From Takakia lepidozioides (taxonomy: Eukaryota; Plantae; Bryophyta): a stretch of 64,000 nucleotides of DNA. The notes under the pieces were generated by a model. That model ran no database searches. It was not told the DNA's origin and saw only the letters and a list, made by a program, of their open reading frames with translations. This document shows, one piece after another, positions 62,101 through 64,000 of this stretch. The position numbers and the translations under genes are program-made. Within the stretch, counting starts at the first letter, position 1. Each line of letters opens with the position of its first letter. The stretch covers positions 46,562,001 through 46,626,000 of the forward strand of contig CM060732.1 in assembly GCA_030704615.1 (NCBI GenBank). Direction: 5' to 3'.

Positions 62101-64000
62101 GTGAGTGCCATTTTTAGTGAATCAAATGATTCTTGGCAAGCTGGAGACCATCGGTATTCGGCATCTTGCTTCAGCACTCTATAGACTGGTGCCGCTCTGT
62201 GAGCATATTTGTCCATGTACCTTCTGTAATAGCTCGTCTGTCCCATAAATCTCTTGAGTTTCTTGGGATTTTTTGGTGGTGGTATTTTCTGGATAACCTC
62301 CACTTTCTTTGGATCCACCAGAATTCCCTGTTGGCACACAATGTGTCCCAACAATAATCCTAAATTCACACAAAATGTACATTTTTCCGGGTTGAGACTT
62401 ACTCCATTGTTTCTGCAGGCTTGTAGGCAAAGTTTTAACTATGCCAAGCGTTTGGATTTCTGTCCGAAGACATTGAAATCATCCAAAAATACCTGCATAA
62501 AATCGTTGAGATAATTCTTGAATATCTCAGATACTGCTCGCTGAAACGTGGCTGGTGCATTGCAAAGTCCAAATGGCATGACTTTGTAAGCATAGGCTCC
62601 ACATTCAGTGATTAATGCGGTCTTTTCTCGGTCTTCTTCTGCCATCTGCACCTGGTTGTACCCACTAAACCCGTCCATGAATGAGTACATCTCATGTTCG
62701 GCCACTGTATCCAACACTATTTCGGTGAAAGATAGTGGAAAGGGGTCTTTCTTGGTTCCTGCGTTTAACTTGCGGTAGTCCACACATACTCGTAATTTTC
62801 CATTTTTCTTGGGTACTATCACAATGGGCGATAACCATTGTGGTGTCTCTACTGGGTATATAAATCTTGCATCCAGTAATTTCTTGATTTCTTCCCAAAC
62901 TTTAGCTGCATAGTTGGGGTTCATTCTGTAACGGTTCTGACGAATTGGTTTTGTGTCAACTTCCAATTCAATGCGGTGTTGACAGATGTTGGAAGGTATA
63001 CCCTTCAAATCTTTGTAGTTCCAGGCAAATACATCCTTGTATTCAGTGAATAATGTAGTGGCTTCTTGTAGAAATGATTCTTCAAGACCTGCACTTACTC
63101 GTATTATCTGTGGTTCTTCCATGGTTCCCAGATTCACTTGAATCAATTGAGTTTCTTCCGTTACTGTCCATCCTGCAATTTCTTGTCCGATGGTTGCGAT
63201 CGTGGCAGATATCTCACTGATTTTAATGTCTTCTTCCCGTTCTTGATAAAAATGGGCAGGGTGTTGAGGTGTGTCCATAGCTTCTTCCTCCGGATCTTCC
63301 GTTCTTGAAGTATTCGGTTCTCCTTGGGTTTCACCATGTGACACCCTACTGTTGTGGTATGCTTGACCACTAATTGCCTAATAGGTTCCAACTGTGGATG
63401 TGCTGCATATACTGTGGCTACTGTAGCTTCATCCAACAGTCCACTGGACCAATCATACTCTTCCACTATGCAAGGTCGTTTCTCTCGTGGAATGGTACCT
63501 CGTTGCTTTGTAGTGATGGTGACTTGTTCTGATCCCTTTCTGATCGTGAGAGTTTGACTTCCCCAATCGTGGTGTGATTGGGCTTGTGTTAACCATGGTC
63601 GGCCAAGTAGTAGTGAATATCCTTTGGCCACATCCTCCATTCTGAGAATGGTTACTGATACTTCGTATACCAGTCCTGCTACTTCCATTGCAAGTCGTCT
63701 GATGATACCCAATGGTTGCACTTCTCATTGATCAACCATTCGTACCGTGAATGGAGCAGGTTCCATGTGCCCCAACCCTAGTGACTTCTTCATCTTCTCT
63801 GTCATGATATTCACTCCGGATCCTCCATCGATGAGTACATCCGTTACCATCTTCCGTCCAATACGTACTTGTATTACGGGTATTGCTTCGTCGTAGTTTG
63901 GAGTTTGTCGTATAGTTGTGGGTTTAATCGTGTAAACCTCTGGTGTTGGTTTTTGTTTTGGTGAGGGGGTCGATGCCTCGATTGCCCGAAATAAAGTTTT
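59158..64000 (-). mobile_element. Second Ty3/Gypsy (non-chromovirus-like) element; decayed pol plus putative 3' LTR, running off the window
   Basis: Motifs: protease VLIDGGSG (~63815-63840), YKDVFAW..CQHRIEL, RT MDGFSGYNQV, MPFGLCNAP, FLDD (~62480), [52 protein letters not shown]. It has stops and frameshifts. A putative LTR at ~59158-59851 has TGAGT/ACTCA termini (boundary uncertain). Confidence 0.9.

Overview
This is eukaryotic nuclear DNA, most consistent with a non-seed land plant (inferred from PLS-class PPR fragments, the intron style and the retroelement types). Bases 1-26,900 are a graveyard of fragmented, duplicated and inverted PLS-type PPR genes fused to OSB-type PDF ssDNA-binding motifs. 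These fragments are interleaved with CACTA termini, two MITEs with 4-bp TSDs, a solo LTR, a gag relic, a captured P1B-ATPase exon fragment and a 122-bp satellite that shares sequence with the PDF-gene loci. Bases ~26,960-33,074 hold the most unusual element: a 5'-truncated Ty3/Gypsy retrotransposon whose pol frame reads protease - complete C5 DNA cytosine methyltransferase - RT - RNase H - integrase - PHD finger, inserted into an L1-type LINE. Bases 34,241-55,122 hold one apparently intact 17-exon gene (~2,859 aa, AT3G50370/BAT2-PRRC2-like) with LINE relics in its introns. The right end has a hAT-type MITE and a second, minus-strand Ty3/Gypsy that runs off the window. All calls are by-eye readings; no database searches were run.
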